Positions 5,428 through 5,680 of a DNA stretch of 5,680 nt are shown piece after piece (within the stretch, counting starts at the first letter, position 1; every line of letters begins with the position of its first letter). Source of the stretch: a virus. Taxonomy: Duplodnaviria > Heunggongvirae > Uroviricota > Caudoviricetes. The notes under the pieces were generated by a model. The model was not told where the DNA came from. It searched no databases and was given only the letters and a program-made list of their open reading frames with translations. The position numbers and the translations under genes are program-made. The DNA lies in the IMG/VR virus record IMGVR_UViG_2684622669_000004, positions 1 to 5,680 of that record, one strand, 5' to 3'.

Positions 5428-5680
5428 ATGAACGCAAAAATCAAATACGGCCTGTCGGCTGCCGTTCTGGCGCTGATTGGTGCAGGGGCGTCTGCGCCTG
5501 AAATCCTCGACCAGTTTCTTGACGAAAAAGAAGGTAACCACACCACGGCATACCGTGATGGTGCGGGGATCTGGACCATCTGCCGTGGAGCCACCCGGGT
5601 GGATGGTAAGCCTGTTATTCCTGGCATGAAACTGACGAAGGAAAAATGCGACCAGGTTAACGCTATTGAACGTGATAAGG
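5428..5680 (+). CDS. SAR endolysin (T4-lysozyme-like GH24 muramidase with N-terminal signal-anchor-release domain), 3'-truncated by the window edge
   Basis: Hand translation MNAKIKYGLSAAVLALIGAGASAPEILDQFLDEKEGNHTTAYRDGAGIWTICRGATRVDGKPVIPGMKLTKEKCDQVNAIERDK. Shows a Gly/Ala-rich weakly hydrophobic N-terminal TMD (SAR) and the catalytic E-X8-D-X5-T triad (E in DEKEG, D in YRDG, T in IWT), as in R21 and P1 Lyz. The reading frame stays open to the window end; an in-frame TAA at 5419-5421 fixes the start at ATG 5428. Confidence 0.85.
   Translation, partial: MNAKIKYGLSAAVLALIGAGASAPEILDQFLDEKEGNHTTAYRDGAGIWTICRGATRVDGKPVIPGMKLTKEKCDQVNAIERDK

Noticed and set aside
5382-5627. Minus-strand 81-aa ORF and the long 161-aa GTG-initiated form of 5056-5541, both overlapping the endolysin N-terminus
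   Set aside because: They are antisense to the endolysin SAR and catalytic region, which has an unmistakable E-X8-D-X5-T motif. The internal ATG at 5316 with RBS gives a more plausible start for the minus-strand gene.
1-5680. CRISPR arrays, IS elements/transposases, integrase or att sites
   Set aside because: No spaced direct-repeat array, no terminal inverted repeats flanking a transposase-like ORF, and no integrase-like ORF. The mobile context is inferred only from the lambdoid late-gene synteny.

Overview
This window reads as the late-regulation and lysis junction of a lambdoid prophage from an E. coli-like enterobacterium, with the main genes on the + strand. In order: the 3' part of rusA; a Q-type late antiterminator (ATGA overlap with rusA); a candidate late promoter and intrinsic terminator (pR'/tR'-like); a moron block (TerB-like protein coupled to a ~55-aa membrane peptide, then a large NanS-p-like sialate O-acetylesterase); a second promoter/terminator-like module; an S21-type pinholin; an unexpected two-gene insertion (183-aa protein on +, convergent 3'-overlapping 86-aa acidic protein on -); and the 5' part of a SAR endolysin that runs off the window. 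No rRNA, tRNA, CRISPR array, transposase or stx genes were recognised. The most unusual feature is that the pinholin/endolysin cassette is split by two uncharacterised convergent genes with a regulatory-looking intergenic region; the TerB plus membrane-peptide pair is second. All calls come from reading the sequence and recalling protein families; no searches or folding programs were run, and family assignments need HMM/BLAST confirmation.
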